From the NCBI GenBank assembly GCA_964016885.1, contig OZ024741.1, forward strand, positions 380,804,001 to 380,868,000: DNA of 64,000 nt. Reading direction: 5' to 3'. Both the position numbers and the translations under genes were made by a program. This DNA is from Eledone cirrhosa (lineage: Eukaryota). Each line of letters opens with the position of its first letter. Position 1 is the stretch's first letter. Positions 61,944-64,000 of this stretch are shown piece after piece. The notes below the pieces were generated by a model. The model was not told where the DNA came from, made no database searches, and was given only the letters and a program-made list of their open reading frames with translations.

Positions 61944-64000
61944 ACTTTCTTTTTATTTTCCACCAGGGCATCAAAAGTTGGACAAGTACAAAGGGGGGAG
62001 TTTACATGCAAAGGCATCCTCAATATGGAGGAGGCAATAACAAGATATAAAAGTATAAAAATAAAATAAAATATAACAAAATAAATTTTATAACAATATC
62101 CTCAATAGGGAGGAGGCGCCTGGGGGGTCGCACACACCCCCGAAAAAAAGTGTGCAACCCTTCTCCTCAGGAGCACAGAGAGAGGGTGCTCCCTTGATCT
62201 CTCATCTTTCTCACCTACAGTCTGATGTAGAGTGAAGGCCCATTCACACGGGCCATTCTCGCCACTTTCACACATCTTTCATAGAAACGGCTGGGGTGCA
62301 GCACCTCTCTCTCCATCCTGATCCTTCTTCCGAAATGATATCGGAAGAAACGGACCAGTTGTTGGCCAGAGAGAAAGGTGTCTGACTTCAGTCCTTTCAG
62401 ACGCGTCCCCCATACAACCTCTTTCACCATGGCTATTACACACAGAAACACCGCCTCTCCTTCGTTTTTGAAGAGGGGAGGCGGCTTGATCGTTACAATA
62501 GACTTGGTGGTCAACCGGATCGGTCTTGCCCTTGACAGCAGTTGTTCGACATAGACCCACAGATCGGCAATGCCCAAGCAGTGTACCAATGCGTGTGCGA
62601 CGGTTTTACTCGTCGCACACGCATCTGGGACAGATCTTTTTCGAGGGGTCCCTACCCGGGCGCCCGTGTCTGTAGAGCCTTTCTCGAATGGGCAGAGCCC
62701 CTTGGTAGCACTGCCAGGCCAGGGACCTCTGGAATTTATCCATGGGTCCCGGGCTGAATGTCCTACCGAACAGGTTGTCCAGTTCGTCTTCCTCCATGCC
62801 TAGGGCTTCTCCAAGGGCGTCGTCGCACCTGCTAACCACCAGCCCTCTATAGAATGATGAGGTGGATTTTCCACTGACAGCCGGGTCCGCCTGCCAGAGC
62901 CATGAGTGCCTGGGCACACTCGGTGTGCCAGGTGCCCAGTTTTCTCGGTCTTTGCTTGACCCAGGATTGCAGCTCGGTGAGTGAGACAAGTCTGGGAAAG
63001 GCTCGCCTCACAAACGGGGCCCACACCGCTTGACCAGTGAGGAATACCTGGAGGTGCCGTAGCCTTAATGCCTGTTTACGCATCATTAGTCACGGCATCA
63101 CCAGCCCTCCTTTAAAGGGTGTTGACAGCAGATGGATCTGATCACCATAGGAGCCCGCTTCTAACAGAGGAATTGGAAGAGTGCGCATTCCATTTTGGCG
63201 AGCGTTTCCCTTGGGCAAGGCACGACGGTCAGGCGGTAGTAGATGACGGATGCTATATAAGTGTTCGCCACCTCCGCCCGACCTTTCAGGGACAGTTTGC
63301 ACTCGGCCCACTTCTGGGTCAGTGCAAACACCCTGTTCGTTACCTCACCCCAGTTCTTCTCCACCTGGAGGTCTGGTCCGAACCAAACCCCGAGCAACTT
63401 CACCGGTCCTCCGTCCAGCGCCCGACGACGCCATCGGAGGGCATCGATCTGCCCCTCCACGTGCCGAGTTGCAGACTGATCGACTTGTCCCGGTTCAGCT
63501 TAGCCCCTGTAAAGCTTTCGTACTCCTCCAGTAAGGTGCCGATCGCCCCGATTTCCGAGGCCGTTGACACCATTACTGTTACGTCATCGGCGTAGGCCGA
63601 CACCGCTTTTCGCAATCCCGGTTCCAACGGAATGCCCTGCAACAACTCCAACTTCTGTAGCAGTGGCTCTAGAGTCATTACATACAGAAGGGAGGAGAGA
63701 GGGCACACTTGTCGGATGGACCGCGCGATTTCGAACGGCTCCGAGAGGTAGCCGTTCACCTTGACCCTAGAGCAGATGCGGCTGCTGTGCATGGCATTGA
63801 TCCAGCCCCTGAAAACGGGTCCGAAGCCTGCCGCCGCTAGCACCGCATGCAGGTAACCATAGTCGACCCTCTCGAACGCCTTAGATTGATCCAAGTTGAT
63901 CAGGGCCCCACCAAAGCCGGGTTCGTTCCCAACCCTCTCTATGATGTATCGCATGAGGTGGAGGTTGTCGTGGATGGACTTGGACGGGATAGCACATGTC
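61944..64000 (-). mobile_element. second Tx1/L1-clade LINE (3' 2 kb; continues beyond the window), ending in an (ATCT)n tract
   Basis: RT and C-terminal Zn finger; AATAAA at 61951-61956 (minus); (GATA)n at ~61895-61943. Confidence 0.9.
62215..64000 (-). pseudogene. Tx1 ORF2 RT + C-terminal domain, frameshifted
   Basis: LDQSKAFERV; SIRQVCPLS; AYADDV; GPVKLLGVWFGPDLQ; CPRC. Clearly homologous to 17247-18809. Confidence 0.9.

Overview
AT-rich, repeat-dense eukaryotic DNA with no bacterial-type genes, rRNA, true tRNA genes or CRISPR. The repeat repertoire is tRNA-derived Meta/CORE-type SINEs, (GAT)n-tailed RTE LINEs and (TA)n-embedded Penelope-like elements; from recall this suggests an octopod cephalopod (inference, not database-checked). 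Almost all identifiable sequence is transposon-derived. It includes two Tx1/L1-clade LINEs, several RTE copies with a PHD finger inside the RT, three decayed Penelope-like (Naiad-type) elements with GIY-YIG nuclease and hammerhead motifs, a 1.9-kb Helitron derivative with a hidden 23-aa-repeat ORF, a decayed mariner with two derived MITEs, hAT- and piggyBac-type MITEs, many SINEs and microsatellites. The most striking unexplained pattern is about ten fold-back (inverted) duplications, most of them at the 5'-truncation points of SINE, RTE and Penelope insertions. The clearest is an apparently perfect palindrome with 298-bp arms at 50129-50735, whose inserted part is bounded by an 11-bp target-site duplication. 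A weak candidate for the last exons of a host gene lies at 44.2-46.5 kb. Most ORFs in the supplied track are microsatellite or antisense artefacts. Identities and mismatch counts were estimated by eye.
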